Origin: a bacterium
GTDB taxonomy: Bacteria > Cyanobacteriota > Sericytochromatia > S15B-MN24 > VGJW01
NCBI GenBank assembly: GCA_021781555.1
Contig: JAJXWQ010000005.1
Span: 4,333-68,332, forward strand
DNA length: 64,000 bases
Direction: 5' to 3'
Part shown: positions 12,037-21,731 of the stretch, in pieces
Position numbering within the stretch: the first letter of the stretch is position 1
Layout of the letters: each line of letters opens with the position of its first letter
Notes under the pieces: generated by a model
Database searches by the model: none
Seen by the model: the letters and a program-made list of their open reading frames with translations, nothing else
What the model was told of the DNA's origin: nothing
Position numbers and translations under genes: made by a program

Positions 12037-13123
12037 TACCGCCAGATCCCAGATCCCGCAGCGAGAGCGAGATCCGCTTCTCGTCCGGACGGAACCGCTT
12101 GATGAGGGCCTGGATCTCCTGACCGACCTCGACGACCTCCTCGGGCTTGACCTGGTGGTCGGCCATCTCGGCGGTGGGCAGCAGGGCCTCGACGCCTGGC
12201 TCGATCTCGACGAACGCCCCGAAGCTTGCCAGCTTGGTGACCTTGCCGTTGATCAGCTGGCCCTCGTGGTAGCGCTGGGTGAGCGTGGCCCACGGATCCT
12301 CCTGGAGCTGCTTGAGCGAAAGGGAGATCTTGTGGGACTCGCGATCGACCTTGAGCACCTTGAGGGTGAACTCGTCGCCGATGTTCAGGACGTTGGACGG
12401 GTGCTGAATGCGCTGCCAGGAGATCTCGCTGATGGGCAAGAGGCCGTCGATGCCGCCGAGATCGATGAACGCGCCGAAGTCGGCGATGCGCACGACCTTG
12501 CCCGTTACCGTCTGGCCGACCTCGAGGTTCTGGAGGATCTCGGCGCGAAGCTTGCCCTTCTCGGCGGCGACAGCCTGCCGGTGGGAGAGAATCAGCTTGT
12601 TGCGGCGCTGGTCGACCTCGATGATCTTGAGGGGCAGCTCCTGGCTGACAAGATCCTCGTGCGAACCCTTGGTGCGAAGCTGGCTGGCGGGGACGAAGCC
12701 GCGCAGCTTGTAGGCATCGACGATGACACCGCCCTTGACCACGCCGGTAACCCTGGCGTGGATGACGTTCTCCTCCTCGAAGTCCTTGGTGGCCTGGACC
12801 CAGCCCCGGGCCTGATCGACGCGGCGCTTGCTCAGCGTGAGCTGGCCATCCTCGTCCTCCTCGCGGAGAACGTAAAGCTCGAGCTCCTCGCCCTCCTTGA
12901 TGAACTCGCGGAGGTTGGGGATCGGCTGGCTCGAGAGCTCCTTGATCGGAATCACGCCCTCGGACTTGCCACCGACGTCCACCAGGATCTCGTCGGGAGA
13001 AACGCGGACTACTCGGCCCTTGACGATGTCGCCCTGCTGCAGGTCGACGAAGGTCGAATCGTAATCGATGACCTCCTCGATCTCGGCGGGAATTTGATCC
13101 GTTGCACTCATGAGGGAATTCAA
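12011..13123 (-). CDS. rpsA: 30S ribosomal protein S1, short 4-domain form
   Basis: Repeated S1 domains (GDIVKGRVVRV, VTGVVKGGVIVD, GQTVTGKVVRIADFGAFIDL, GQLINGKVTKLASFGAFVEI); acidic C-terminus. Confidence 0.9.
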   Translation of the reverse strand: MNSLMSATDQIPAEIEEVIDYDSTFVDLQQGDIVKGRVVRVSPDEILVDVGGKSEGVIPIKELSSQPIPNLREFIKEGEELELYVLREEDEDGQLTLSKRRVDQARGWVQATKDFEEENVIHARVTGVVKGGVIVDAYKLRGFVPASQLRTKGSHEDLVSQELPLKIIEVDQRRNKLILSHRQAVAAEKGKLRAEILQNLEVGQTVTGKVVRIADFGAFIDLGGIDGLLPISEISWQRIQHPSNVLNIGDEFTLKVLKVDRESHKISLSLKQLQEDPWATLTQRYHEGQLINGKVTKLASFGAFVEIEPGVEALLPTAEMADHQVKPEEVVEVGQEIQALIKRFRPDEKRISLSLRDLGSGGSGADEDED

Positions 13124-13473
13124 GACCTTCTCTTCGTTCTAGTTTTCAGGCCGGAGCCCGGACGGGAAGCATACCATGTGGAAAACCGAAGCGCCAGTTG
13201 CCCGGCGGAGTCGTTCCGGCAGGTCGATCGGCAAGTTCGAGCCAGAACGGGTCTATAAATAGCTCGGATTCACGGTGCCAATCGTGGAGGAGAACGGCCA
13301 TCGAGAGCGCGTCAGCGGCTCGAAAGGTCGGGTTCGTGCCGAGCGTTTCGAGGTCGAAACCCAGCTCGGCGCCCCGGACTGTGAACGCGGTCCTCGCAGC
13401 CGCGGACAGCCTGAGCCTGTCTCCGGCCTCGCGTCGGCAACGGCCCTCGCGCCTGGGGCACCTGCCTGCCCGC

Positions 13474-14397
13474 ATGGCTGCACCCGACCCGTCCGCGCAG
13501 CCGCTGGCCTCCGTGTCCAGCTTGACCTGCAGCGGGCACGCGGTGGTGGACCGGTGCCTCGAGAAGGGGCTGCAGAGCCCGGCCGTCATCGGTGCCAAGC
13601 TGCAGAACGAGCAGACCCAGCTCGGCGCGGCTCGCATGGCCGTCGGCACTCCGGGTAACGTGACCACCGCCTTCAGCCTGGCGCAGGAGGCCAACCTCTA
13701 CCTCCGGGCCGGCTTCCTGGCGTCGATGGCTCCCGAGTCCTCGCCGTGGAGCACCGAATCCGCGACCTCGAGCCTGACTGCCGACATCGGCGTCTCCCCT
13801 CTGACGCGCGCCGCGCCCAGGCCGGTCCAGCACCTCGGCAACCTTGGCGCGTTCCTCGCGCTCCCCGCGGGCCTGTTCGGAACGGGCATCGGCCTGGCAG
13901 AGGTGGAGCGCGGCCAGTACCTCCAGGGATCCAAGGATCTGGCGATCGCCGGTCTCACCACCCTCTCGGGCCTGTCCTCGCTCTCGGCGACCGTGGCCCG
14001 GACGGTCAACACCGGGCTGCGGAGCGTCGGGGCCATGGCCCTGGCGGATCCCGGAGAGGTTGGTGTGGGGCCCGGCGCGCCCATCGGCGGCATTGCCAGC
14101 ATCCTCGGCGGCACCTTCCAGCTGGCCGATGCGCTGCGCAAGCACAAGACGGAGGCGGCGGTCGAAGGCGGCGCCCAGATCGCCGGAGGCAGCCTGCTCA
14201 CGGCCAGCGCGTTCACCGAGGGCACGCTCATAGGCGCTCCGGCCGGCCTGGTTCTGGGGGCGCTGGGAGGCGTCCTGCTGTTCGGAACCGCGATCGTCCA
14301 GAACCGTCACGCGATCGCCCACGGGTTGAGCTGGCTCGGAAAGCAGTTTCAGGCCGCCGTCGATCCGCCAGCCACCGGCCAGTCAGACCGCCAATAG
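13474..14397 (+). CDS. Hypothetical Gly/Ala/Leu-rich protein with C-terminal hydrophobic segment
   Basis: Strong GC3 bias in this frame; about 307 aa from the first ATG (GTG/TTG starts further upstream are possible); no recognisable family; stop TAG abuts the repeat-derived tandem array. Confidence 0.45.
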   Translation: MAAPDPSAQPLASVSSLTCSGHAVVDRCLEKGLQSPAVIGAKLQNEQTQLGAARMAVGTPGNVTTAFSLAQEANLYLRAGFLASMAPESSPWSTESATSSLTADIGVSPLTRAAPRPVQHLGNLGAFLALPAGLFGTGIGLAEVERGQYLQGSKDLAIAGLTTLSGLSSLSATVARTVNTGLRSVGAMALADPGEVGVGPGAPIGGIASILGGTFQLADALRKHKTEAAVEGGAQIAGGSLLTASAFTEGTLIGAPAGLVLGALGGVLLFGTAIVQNRHAIAHGLSWLGKQFQAAVDPPATGQSDRQ

Positions 14398-14625
14398 AGC
14401 GGTTTCGCCCGAAAACGATCGACCCGGAGAGTCAAACGGGGACGGGTTGCGCAGCGTAGCGACCGCGCAGAGGGACCCGTTCACACCCAACAAGAAACGG
14501 GGACCGGTTGCGCAGCGTAGCGACCGCGCAGAGGGACCCGTTCACACCCAACAAGAAACGGGGACCGGTTGCGCAGCGTAGCGACCGCGCAGAGGGACCC
14601 GTTCAAAAAAGGGCTGCAGCATCCA
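14397..14625 (+). repeat. Degenerate MITE-like copy whose core is tandemly triplicated (61-bp period, 3 units)
   Basis: ggttgcgcagcgtagcgaccgcgcagagggacccgttcacacccaacaagaaacggggacc repeated with period 61 starting at 14445, 14506 and 14567. Confidence 0.85.
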
Positions 14626-14639
14626 GCAACCCGCCCTGG

Positions 14640-15980
14640 CTACTCGACGAACTGCCCCTGCTCGACGAGCGTGTCCCAGAAGCCCGGATATGATGTCTCC
14701 GTGCAGGCGGTCTGGCGGATGGTGACCGGAGCCTCGGCCAGCAGGGCTGCCATGGCGCACATCATGGCAATCCGGTGGTCCCCGTGGGTGTCGATCGTGC
14801 CGCCCGTCCACCGGGTCGGCCCCTCGATGGCGAGACCGTCGGGAAGCTCCTGGATGCGCGCGCCGAGCGCGCCCAAGGCGTCGGCGATCGCCGCCAGGCG
14901 ATCGGATTCCTTGATCCGGAGCTCGCTGGCATCGCGGATCTCGGATCTACCTCGGGCGCACGCCATCAACAGGGCAACGATCGGGACCTCATCGATCGCA
15001 CGTACCAGCAGCTCCCCGCCGACCGTGACCGGATCGAGCTCGCCGCAGGCCACCCGGATATCGCCCCGGGGCTCGCCGGCCTCCTCGGCCTGATCGGAGA
15101 GCTCCAGCCGGACACCCATCTCGCGCAGGATATCCAGGACGCCAGTCCGGGTCGGATTGAGCCCGACGCCCTCGAGCCGCAGCGCGCTGCCCGGCACGAC
15201 CGCGGCACCCCCGAGCCAGAAGGCCGCGGACGAGAGATCGCCAGGAACGGCGATCGACCTTGCCACCAGAGGCTTCTTGCCGGTTACGAAGATCTTGCGC
15301 TCGCGCACGGCCAGCGGCACGCCCATCGCCGCCAGCATCCGCTCGGTGTGATCCCGCGAGGGCAGGGGTTCAAAGAACGACGTCTCGCCCTCTGCACCCA
15401 GCGCGGCCAGCAACACCGCACTCTTGACCTGGGCACTCGCGACGGGGCTGGCGATCTTGACCGCGCGCGTCTTGCCGCCGCGCACGGCCAGCGGAGCGCG
15501 ATCGCCGCTCGAGCGGCCGTCGATCCGCACGCCCATCTCGCCCAGCAGGTGCACGACCCGGCCCATCGGACGGCGGCGTATCGAGGCGTCGCCGGTCAGC
15601 ACGGCGATGCCGTCCAGGCCGGCCAGGAGCCCCAGGAGCAACCGGATGCTGGTCCCGGAGTTGCCGACGTCGAGAATCTCCTCGGGCTCTCGCAGCCCCG
15701 CCAGGCCGACGCCTCGAACCTCGAAGGCCAGGCTGGCGGGAGCGCCGCCGGCTCGCGGCCCGGCTGCCAGCTCGACGATCGGAACGCCCAGGGCCCGCAG
15801 ACAGCGGACGGTCGCCAGGCAGTCCTCGCCGGCAAGAAAGTTACGGATGACCGCCGTGCCCTCGGCGATGGCGTTGAACATCACGGCCCGGTGGCTGATG
15901 GACTTGTCACCCGGCACGCGGATCGCCCCGCGCAGCGGTCCGCCCGCCCGGACGGTCCGGGTGTCGGCCACGGCGGTCAT
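14640..15980 (-). CDS. aroA: 3-phosphoshikimate 1-carboxyvinyltransferase (EPSP synthase)
   Basis: Motifs PGDKSISHR, LGNSGTSIRLL, RPMGRV, DHRIAMM; start at MTAVADTRT; 13 bp downstream of the tyrA stop. Confidence 0.92.
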   Translation of the reverse strand: MTAVADTRTVRAGGPLRGAIRVPGDKSISHRAVMFNAIAEGTAVIRNFLAGEDCLATVRCLRALGVPIVELAAGPRAGGAPASLAFEVRGVGLAGLREPEEILDVGNSGTSIRLLLGLLAGLDGIAVLTGDASIRRRPMGRVVHLLGEMGVRIDGRSSGDRAPLAVRGGKTRAVKIASPVASAQVKSAVLLAALGAEGETSFFEPLPSRDHTERMLAAMGVPLAVRERKIFVTGKKPLVARSIAVPGDLSSAAFWLGGAAVVPGSALRLEGVGLNPTRTGVLDILREMGVRLELSDQAEEAGEPRGDIRVACGELDPVTVGGELLVRAIDEVPIVALLMACARGRSEIRDASELRIKESDRLAAIADALGALGARIQELPDGLAIEGPTRWTGGTIDTHGDHRIAMMCAMAALLAEAPVTIRQTACTETSYPGFWDTLVEQGQFVE

Positions 15981-15993
15981 CGGATCCTCGGCA

Positions 15994-16836
15994 TCACTGC
16001 GGCAGGGACAGGGCCGCACGCCACGTGGCGGCGCCCTCGCTCCAGGTTGCGAACGCGCTCTCGAGGTCGTTCTGCAGCAGGATCTCGGCCTGGGCGATCT
16101 GGTGGCGAAGAGCGGCGAGCGCCGCGAGCACGGCGTCTCGATTCTCGAACGCCATGTCGTGTCCTAGCTGCACGGGGGTCATCGCCAGACGCGTGACGTC
16201 GCGAAACCCCGGGCCGACCAGTTCGCTCACCTCGGTGAGGCCCTCGTCTCGCGCTCCCCGCGCCGCCCGGGCGATGGCGACCGACATCAGGTAGGGCACG
16301 TGGCTCGTGAAGGCCACGGCACGATCGTGGGATTCGGGGTCGCACTCGAAGAACCGCGCCCCGGTGGGAGCCAGGACCTGGCGCACCCGTGCCGCGGCCT
16401 CCTGCTCGTCGCGCCCGCCGGGCGTGAGGGCCCACGGCGCATCCACGAAGAGGCCGGTGCGGGCGGCGACGAACCCGTGCCCCGTCGAGCCGGCCATCGG
16501 GTGCCCCCCGACGAAAGCCCCCGGCAGGAGCCGGCGGCCCGCCTTGACGACCGGGGACTTGACCCCGCCGACGTCGGTCACGATGGCGCCCGCGTCCACG
16601 TGGGGCGCCAGGGCCTCGACCAGCGCCGGAAGCCTGCCGAGCGGCGCGCAGAAGACGGCCAGCTCCGCTCCCGCCAGGGCCTGCTCCGGCGTCCCGCACA
16701 CGGGGATGCCGGCGGCTGCCGCGGCGGCGCAGCTGGCAGGGTCGGGATCGAAGCCCCGGACTTCGTGGACCCGAAAGAGGTCCAGGGCGATCGATCCGCC
16801 GATGGATCCCAGGCCCAGGATTGCGACCCTGACCAT
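15994..16836 (-). CDS. tyrA: Prephenate/arogenate dehydrogenase
   Basis: Rossmann N-terminus VAILGLGSIGGSIAL; GHPMAG motif; about 281 aa from MVRV (alternative upstream ATG at 16863). Confidence 0.85.
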   Translation of the reverse strand: MVRVAILGLGSIGGSIALDLFRVHEVRGFDPDPASCAAAAAAGIPVCGTPEQALAGAELAVFCAPLGRLPALVEALAPHVDAGAIVTDVGGVKSPVVKAGRRLLPGAFVGGHPMAGSTGHGFVAARTGLFVDAPWALTPGGRDEQEAAARVRQVLAPTGARFFECDPESHDRAVAFTSHVPYLMSVAIARAARGARDEGLTEVSELVGPGFRDVTRLAMTPVQLGHDMAFENRDAVLAALAALRHQIAQAEILLQNDLESAFATWSEGAATWRAALSLPQ

Positions 16837-16867
16837 CGCATCCCGGGGTCCCGCTAGCGCCATGTCG

Positions 16868-16965
16868 GGTTGAGCGCCTCCCCCTACGCGGTCGCTACGC
16901 TGCGCAACCTGTCCCCGCTGGACTCCTCGGGCCCGATCCCCGCGAACCGGGAGCACTAGACTCCG
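16868..16965 (-). repeat. MITE-like repeat copy (minus orientation) in the aroF-tyrA intergenic spacer
   Basis: The reverse complement matches the repeat consensus; the element's CTAG supplies the aroF stop codon (ggagtctagtgctcccgg on the minus strand). Confidence 0.8.
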
Positions 16966-17993
16966 ACGGTCTGCAACGCATAGCGGTGAAGCACGCCCTT
17001 GAGCTCGGAAAGCTCGGCCATCAGACGCGAGAAGGTGTCGGGGAGGAGCGCCTGCGGGCCGTCGGACAGGGCTTCCGCTGGCCGGGGATGGACCTCCATC
17101 ATCAGGCCATCCGCTCCGGCCACCAGGGCGGCCTTGGCCATGGGCCCGACCAGGTACCACTTGCCCGTGCCGTGGCTGGGGTCGACGATCACTGGCAGGT
17201 GGCTCTCGCGCTTGATCACGGGCACGGCCGAGATGTCGAGGGTGTTGCGGGTGTAGGCGTTCTCGTGAGTGCGGATGCCCCGCTCGCAGAGCATGACCTG
17301 GGTATTTCCCTCGCTGAGCAGGTACTCGGCAGCCAGCAGGAACTCCTCGATCGTGGCCGACGGTCCGCGCTTGAGCATGATCGGCTTGCCCGTCCGGGCG
17401 ACCTTGCGCAGCAGTGTGAAATTCTGCATGTTGCGGGCGCCGATCTGCATGATGTCGGCGTACCGGGCCACCAGACCGACATCCTCGGAATCCATGACCT
17501 CCGTGATGATCGGCATGTCCAGCTCGGCGCGTGCCTCGGCGAGGTATTCCAGGCCACGCTCACCGAGGCCCTGGAACGCGTAGGGACTGGTGCGCGGCTT
17601 GAAGGCTCCGCCACGCAGGATCGTCGCCCCGGCGGCCCGGCAGGCCCGGGCCGTTTCGAGCAGCTGCTCTCTCGACTCGACCGAGCAAGGCCCGGCCATG
17701 ACGAGCAGCTTGTGGTCCCCGCCGATCGCGAGCGATCCGACCTTGATGACGGTATCGCGCGGATGGGCCTCGCGGCTGACCAGCTTGTAGGGACGCCGGA
17801 TCGGAACGATCTCCATCACGCCATCCAGGCACAGGATGGGATCGCCCGAAAAATTCGTCTTGTCGCCGATCGCACCGACGAGCGTGCGCTCGACACCCTC
17901 CGAGAGGTGGGTCTTGAACCCCATCTTGGTGAGCTGGCCTACCACCGCCGCGATCTGGTCGGCGGTAGCTCCACCCTTCATGACGACGATCAT
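16956..17993 (-). CDS. aroF: 3-deoxy-7-phosphoheptulonate (DAHP) synthase, type I-beta with N-terminal regulatory domain
   Basis: KDO8PS/DAHPS-like core ([41 protein letters not shown]); N-terminal ~70-aa ACT/FL-like domain; start at MIVVMKG. Confidence 0.9.
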   Translation of the reverse strand: MIVVMKGGATADQIAAVVGQLTKMGFKTHLSEGVERTLVGAIGDKTNFSGDPILCLDGVMEIVPIRRPYKLVSREAHPRDTVIKVGSLAIGGDHKLLVMAGPCSVESREQLLETARACRAAGATILRGGAFKPRTSPYAFQGLGERGLEYLAEARAELDMPIITEVMDSEDVGLVARYADIMQIGARNMQNFTLLRKVARTGKPIMLKRGPSATIEEFLLAAEYLLSEGNTQVMLCERGIRTHENAYTRNTLDISAVPVIKRESHLPVIVDPSHGTGKWYLVGPMAKAALVAGADGLMMEVHPRPAEALSDGPQALLPDTFSRLMAELSELKGVLHRYALQTVGV

Positions 17994-18194
17994 CGCCTCT
18001 CTCCTGTGACCCTTCAAGATGAAGAATAGCCCCGCAAATTGCGGGTAGCCCGGGCGAACCGCCCGGAATCCGAGGAGCTAACGGCCCCGGAATCCCGGAT
18101 CCTCTGGCCCGCTCTGCGCCAGGTACGAAGATCGAACGTACTCCCCCGGTAGTCCAGGTTCGCCCGCGGACCACGAGCCAGAGCCCCGAGTTTA

Positions 18195-18290
18195 TACCTT
18201 TTTCGGTTTGAACGGGTCTGTATATGTTCGCCAGGTTGAACGGGTCTCTCTACGGGGCCGCTGCGCTGCCGGATCCCCTTCGACTCCCGA
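18195..18290 (-). repeat. Degenerate MITE-like remnant in the aroF/comF divergent intergenic region
   Basis: ggtttgaacgggtc occurs twice, with gccgctgcgctgccgg; diverged from the consensus. Confidence 0.5.
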
Positions 18291-18425
18291 GACCCGTCTT
18301 GTCCACGCGGAACCGCGCTGGCATGCCCCGAACGAGCAGACTCCCTCCCGGGTGGCGCAGGGCTGGGAGAAACCTCGGATCTGTCCCCCTGCAAATGGCC
18401 GGCAGCCCTTGCTAGCCTAAATGGC

Positions 18426-19145
18426 GTGCTAGCGCTCCTGCTCGACGCCCTGTATCCGGTTCCATGCGCCGGCTGCCATCGCCGGGGCGCTGCCCGCATC
18501 TGCTCGGCCTGCTGGGCAGCCCGCCCCCCGATCCAGGACGACCACTGCCCGGGATGCCTCGGCCGGTCTCCGTGCCACGCCTGCGTGGCGATCGAGGCGG
18601 TGAGCCGGGTCCTGGCGCTCGGGGCTTACGACGGCGTGCTTCGCCAGGTCGTCCGTCTGCTCAAGTTTCGCGATCGCCAGGACCTGGCCGGCTTCCTGGG
18701 CCGGCAGCTCGCCCTCCTGGCGCGGACGGCAGAACCCACCGCTGGCCAGCTTGATGGGGTCTGGCGATTCTCTGCTACGGGGCAGGGAGCCGAGGTCGGG
18801 CATCCAAGAGCCGTCTGGGTCCCGGTTCCATCCCACCGTCGTCGCGTCCGGCAGCGCGGGTACGATCACGTACGGCTGCTGACCCGCGCCGCCGCCCGGG
18901 CCGGGCGTGCGCCCTGGATGCCGGTCCTGGCCCGGCGCGTCGAGACGCCGCCACTGTACCGGCTCAGCCGCCCCGAGCGCGAGGCCGCGCTGGTCGGAGC
19001 CTTCGTGGCCACCCGCCCGGCTCCCGAGCGCGTCCTGCTGGTCGACGACCTCCTGACGACCGGCGCCACCGCGATCGCCGCCGCCAAGGCCCTCAAGGCG
19101 GCCGGAACGCAAGAGATCACCCTGATCGTGATCGCCCGAGCCTGA
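18426..19145 (+). CDS. comF: ComF family protein (phosphoribosyltransferase-like competence protein)
   Basis: N-terminal 4-Cys cluster (CAGCHRRG...CSAC); C-terminal PRTase motif VLLVDDLLTTGATA. Confidence 0.8.
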   Translation: MLALLLDALYPVPCAGCHRRGAARICSACWAARPPIQDDHCPGCLGRSPCHACVAIEAVSRVLALGAYDGVLRQVVRLLKFRDRQDLAGFLGRQLALLARTAEPTAGQLDGVWRFSATGQGAEVGHPRAVWVPVPSHRRRVRQRGYDHVRLLTRAAARAGRAPWMPVLARRVETPPLYRLSRPEREAALVGAFVATRPAPERVLLVDDLLTTGATAIAAAKALKAAGTQEITLIVIARA

Positions 19146-19357
19146 CCCCCGCGTGGCGGCGTTCCGACCGGGCGCGTCGTGGCTCAGGGCCGCGCCAGGC
19201 CGGGGCGCTACGTGCCAGGGAACGTTGTGTCCGGGGTCGCACCTTGATAGATTCCGGGCGTCTAAAGGCCGAAGGCGGCCGAGGGGGGAACCGTGCCGAA
19301 GAACGTCCGGTCCTCGGGGGCAAGCGAGACCCCTTCCCGGGCCCGGGGCGGCCAGTG

Positions 19358-20330
19358 GATGGCCATGCTCGTGACCTCCCTCGCCCTGGCAGGGGCGAAC
19401 CCGGTCGTCCTCATCGCTCCGGCCCGCGCTGCGCCCGTGCCCCGAGGAGCCGCAGCGCCGCCGGCAAGTCCACCGCCGGCGGCCCGCAGTGCCACGCCCG
19501 CCCAGCCAGGTGCTGGATCCGGGCCGCCGAGCCACGTTTTGGCAACCGGCGCCGGGGCGTCCGCCGTCGTCACGGCCCCGGCGCCGGCCCTCGTGGCGGC
19601 GCAGCCGCCCGGTCCCACGCGCACCTTCAACGTCCCGATGGCCTACACACTACCGGCGGGCACGCGGCTCTTCACGACCAACCTGACCCTCGGATCGACC
19701 GGCATCGCCCCGATCTACGCGGGCGCCCCCGGCGTCTCGCTCGGGATCGTGGGCAACGCGCTCAACGTCCACGCCGACGCTGCGCTGTCGAACCATACGG
19801 AGGTCGGAGCCGGCATCGCGGCCGCGTCCACCACCCCCTGGCGGGGCGCGCTCGATATCGAGGGCAAGCGAGCGCTGCTGCGAGAGGGAGTCAACGGCGC
19901 CCCCTTGAGCCTGGCCGCGATGGCGGGGGCGATCTTCGACGTCAACGCCAACGGCGTTCCGGACATCGGATTCCAGCTCGGTGTTCCGCTCACCAAGGCC
20001 CTGGCGTTCACCGACCGGCAGGTCGTGACCTTCTCGCTCTTCCCCAACTGGAACGCCGGGATGATGGGGGCACAGGGCAGCATCGGCCCGAGACCGATCA
20101 ACTCCCTGGGTCTCGGCTTCGGGATGGACCTCGCGCTTTCGCCGGCAGCCCATGTCCTGGCGGATACCAACCTCGGGCTTGCGCTCGGGGGAATCCAGAC
20201 GGACTCGGCGGTCGGCTTCCGCTATGCCTTCAGCCCCACGATGCTCGGCCAGGTGTTCCTGGGCGTGGGCGCGTCGGGTCCGGGCGCCGCCGCGAACGGG
20301 CTGGGGGTGGGAGCGATCATGGGGTTCTGA
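19358..20330 (+). CDS. Secreted Ala/Gly-rich protein, possible outer-membrane beta-barrel (ends in Phe)
   Basis: Signal peptide (MAMLVTSLALAGANPVVLIAPARA); Pro/Ala linker; alternating-hydrophobic strands; C-terminal ...GAIMGF. Confidence 0.5.
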
Positions 20331-20353
20331 CGCCGATTTGCTAACATGCAGCC

Positions 20354-21574
20354 ATGCTGCGTCCCCTGGTTCTCGCGATAGCTGTTGCCGGCCTGGCCGG
20401 CAGCCTGGGTCGTTTTGACGTCCGGGCCGAGTACGGACCCGATGCCCCGCCGGACATCGCCGTCCGGCTCCAGCAGCGCCTGGAGGCGGACCCTTCGCCG
20501 CTGTACGGGGCCCTGCCCGCCGACCTCAAGGGTCGTGCCTTCTCGATGGACATCCGGGAGATCCCGCGTGGCGTGGACGTCGCCCTTTCCATCCAGGGAA
20601 CGCCTCGCGACGCAGAGGTCGCGGCGCGGGCGATCGCCCGTCCCCTTTCCGACATCGCACAGGAAGAAGGCGGCGACTTCGCCGAAAAGACCACCGTCAC
20701 GGGCTCCACGTTCACCTGGCCCACCCTGCCGCGCCTGCGGTGGCCGCACCTGGAGCTCCCCCAGCTCGGCCTCCCGAAGGGAACCCTGCCGGCGGCCGGG
20801 AGCAACCTTCACCTTGGCACCATGGCCCGGGCGATCGCCGGATCCATCGCGGCTTTCGGAGCCGCGGCGCTCCTGGTCGGCTTCCTGCGCCGGAGGGGCT
20901 CGGGCCCATCGAACCCGAAGTCTCCCCCCGCCAAGTTCTGGGGATCGCCCGTGCTCGGGCTCTTGCCCGAGAGCCTCGCTCGCGTCGGCAAGCTCTACCA
21001 CCTTCAGTCCAAACCCTGCCAGGCGCTCTCCCACTTCTTCGGCCAGCAGGCGGAAGGCACCCGCGAAGTCGTGATCGCCGGCGAGGTTTTCGAGGCCGCG
21101 GCGACCGTGGCGGTTTGCCTGGGACTGTTCCTCGCCCGTCAGCAAGACCGGGTGCTCCTGGTGGACATGAGCCAGGACGACCCGGTCATCCCGTCCATCC
21201 TGGCGCGTTTCGGCCCGGGCCAGGACAAGGCGGAGGGCGGCGCCTCGAGCACCGGCATTCCGGATCTGGACCTGTTCTCGGCGCAAGCGCCGGGCGGCGA
21301 GCTGCCCGAGATCCCGGAGGACCTGGCCCGCCGCTACGAGCGGATCCTGTTCGTGGCCCCGGCGGGCGAGCGGCCAGCGGACCGACCGGTCGTGGATGTC
21401 CTGGGCCGGGCCGGTTTCTCCGCGGGCCTCAAGCTCGCGTTCCGGCGCAACCGGCTCGGCTGCGTCTTCTTCGGCGGCACGATCCCCGATCGCCTGTCAG
21501 ATCGCTACTTCACGCGGTACTACTTCGAGCGGCTCCAGGATACTCCCGACGATCGCCTGATCTCCCGGTCCTGA
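20354..21574 (+). CDS. Wzz/Wzc-like polysaccharide copolymerase with degenerate (pseudo) BY-kinase domain
   Basis: TM1 at residues 1-20; periplasmic segment; TM2 near residue 175; cytoplasmic P-loop-like fold; Walker A lacks Lys (VVIAGEVFEAAATVA), Walker A' is VLLVDMSQDD, Walker B lacks Asp (ILFVAPAG); Tyr-rich tail RYFTRYYFERL. Confidence 0.45.
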   Translation: MLRPLVLAIAVAGLAGSLGRFDVRAEYGPDAPPDIAVRLQQRLEADPSPLYGALPADLKGRAFSMDIREIPRGVDVALSIQGTPRDAEVAARAIARPLSDIAQEEGGDFAEKTTVTGSTFTWPTLPRLRWPHLELPQLGLPKGTLPAAGSNLHLGTMARAIAGSIAAFGAAALLVGFLRRRGSGPSNPKSPPAKFWGSPVLGLLPESLARVGKLYHLQSKPCQALSHFFGQQAEGTREVVIAGEVFEAAATVAVCLGLFLARQQDRVLLVDMSQDDPVIPSILARFGPGQDKAEGGASSTGIPDLDLFSAQAPGGELPEIPEDLARRYERILFVAPAGERPADRPVVDVLGRAGFSAGLKLAFRRNRLGCVFFGGTIPDRLSDRYFTRYYFERLQDTPDDRLISRS

Positions 21575-21593
21575 GGGACGCTCCCGAGGGGCG

Positions 21594-21700
21594 TTCCTGG
21601 ATCTTTTGCAGTTTGCACGGGTCCCTCGGCGCGGTCGCTACGCTACGCAGCCGGGCCCCGTTTGACTCCCCGGACCCGATCCACCCAAACCGGGAGCACC
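21594..21700 (-). repeat. MITE-like repeat copy (minus orientation) between convergent gene ends
   Basis: The reverse complement aligns with the consensus over about 105 bp. Confidence 0.85.
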
Positions 21701-21731
21701 CTCGCATCGGCAGACGGGATGTCGGCTTCGT

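Noticed and set aside
14423-14610. A regularly spaced repeat array resembling a CRISPR array
   Set aside because: The inter-repeat 'spacers' are identical in every unit (acccaacaagaaacggggaccg). The repeat is the core of the interspersed MITE-like element, and no cas genes are nearby. This is a tandem duplication, not CRISPR.
18017-18110. Two adjacent perfect short hairpins (cccgcaaattgcggg; ccgggcgaaccgcccgg) just upstream of the aroF start, considered as a possible attenuator or T-box-like leader
   Set aside because: There is no U-tract, no alternative antiterminator pairing, and no specifier or T-box consensus that I can see. The leader is too short. They are probably just GC-rich stem-loops or a protein-binding site.
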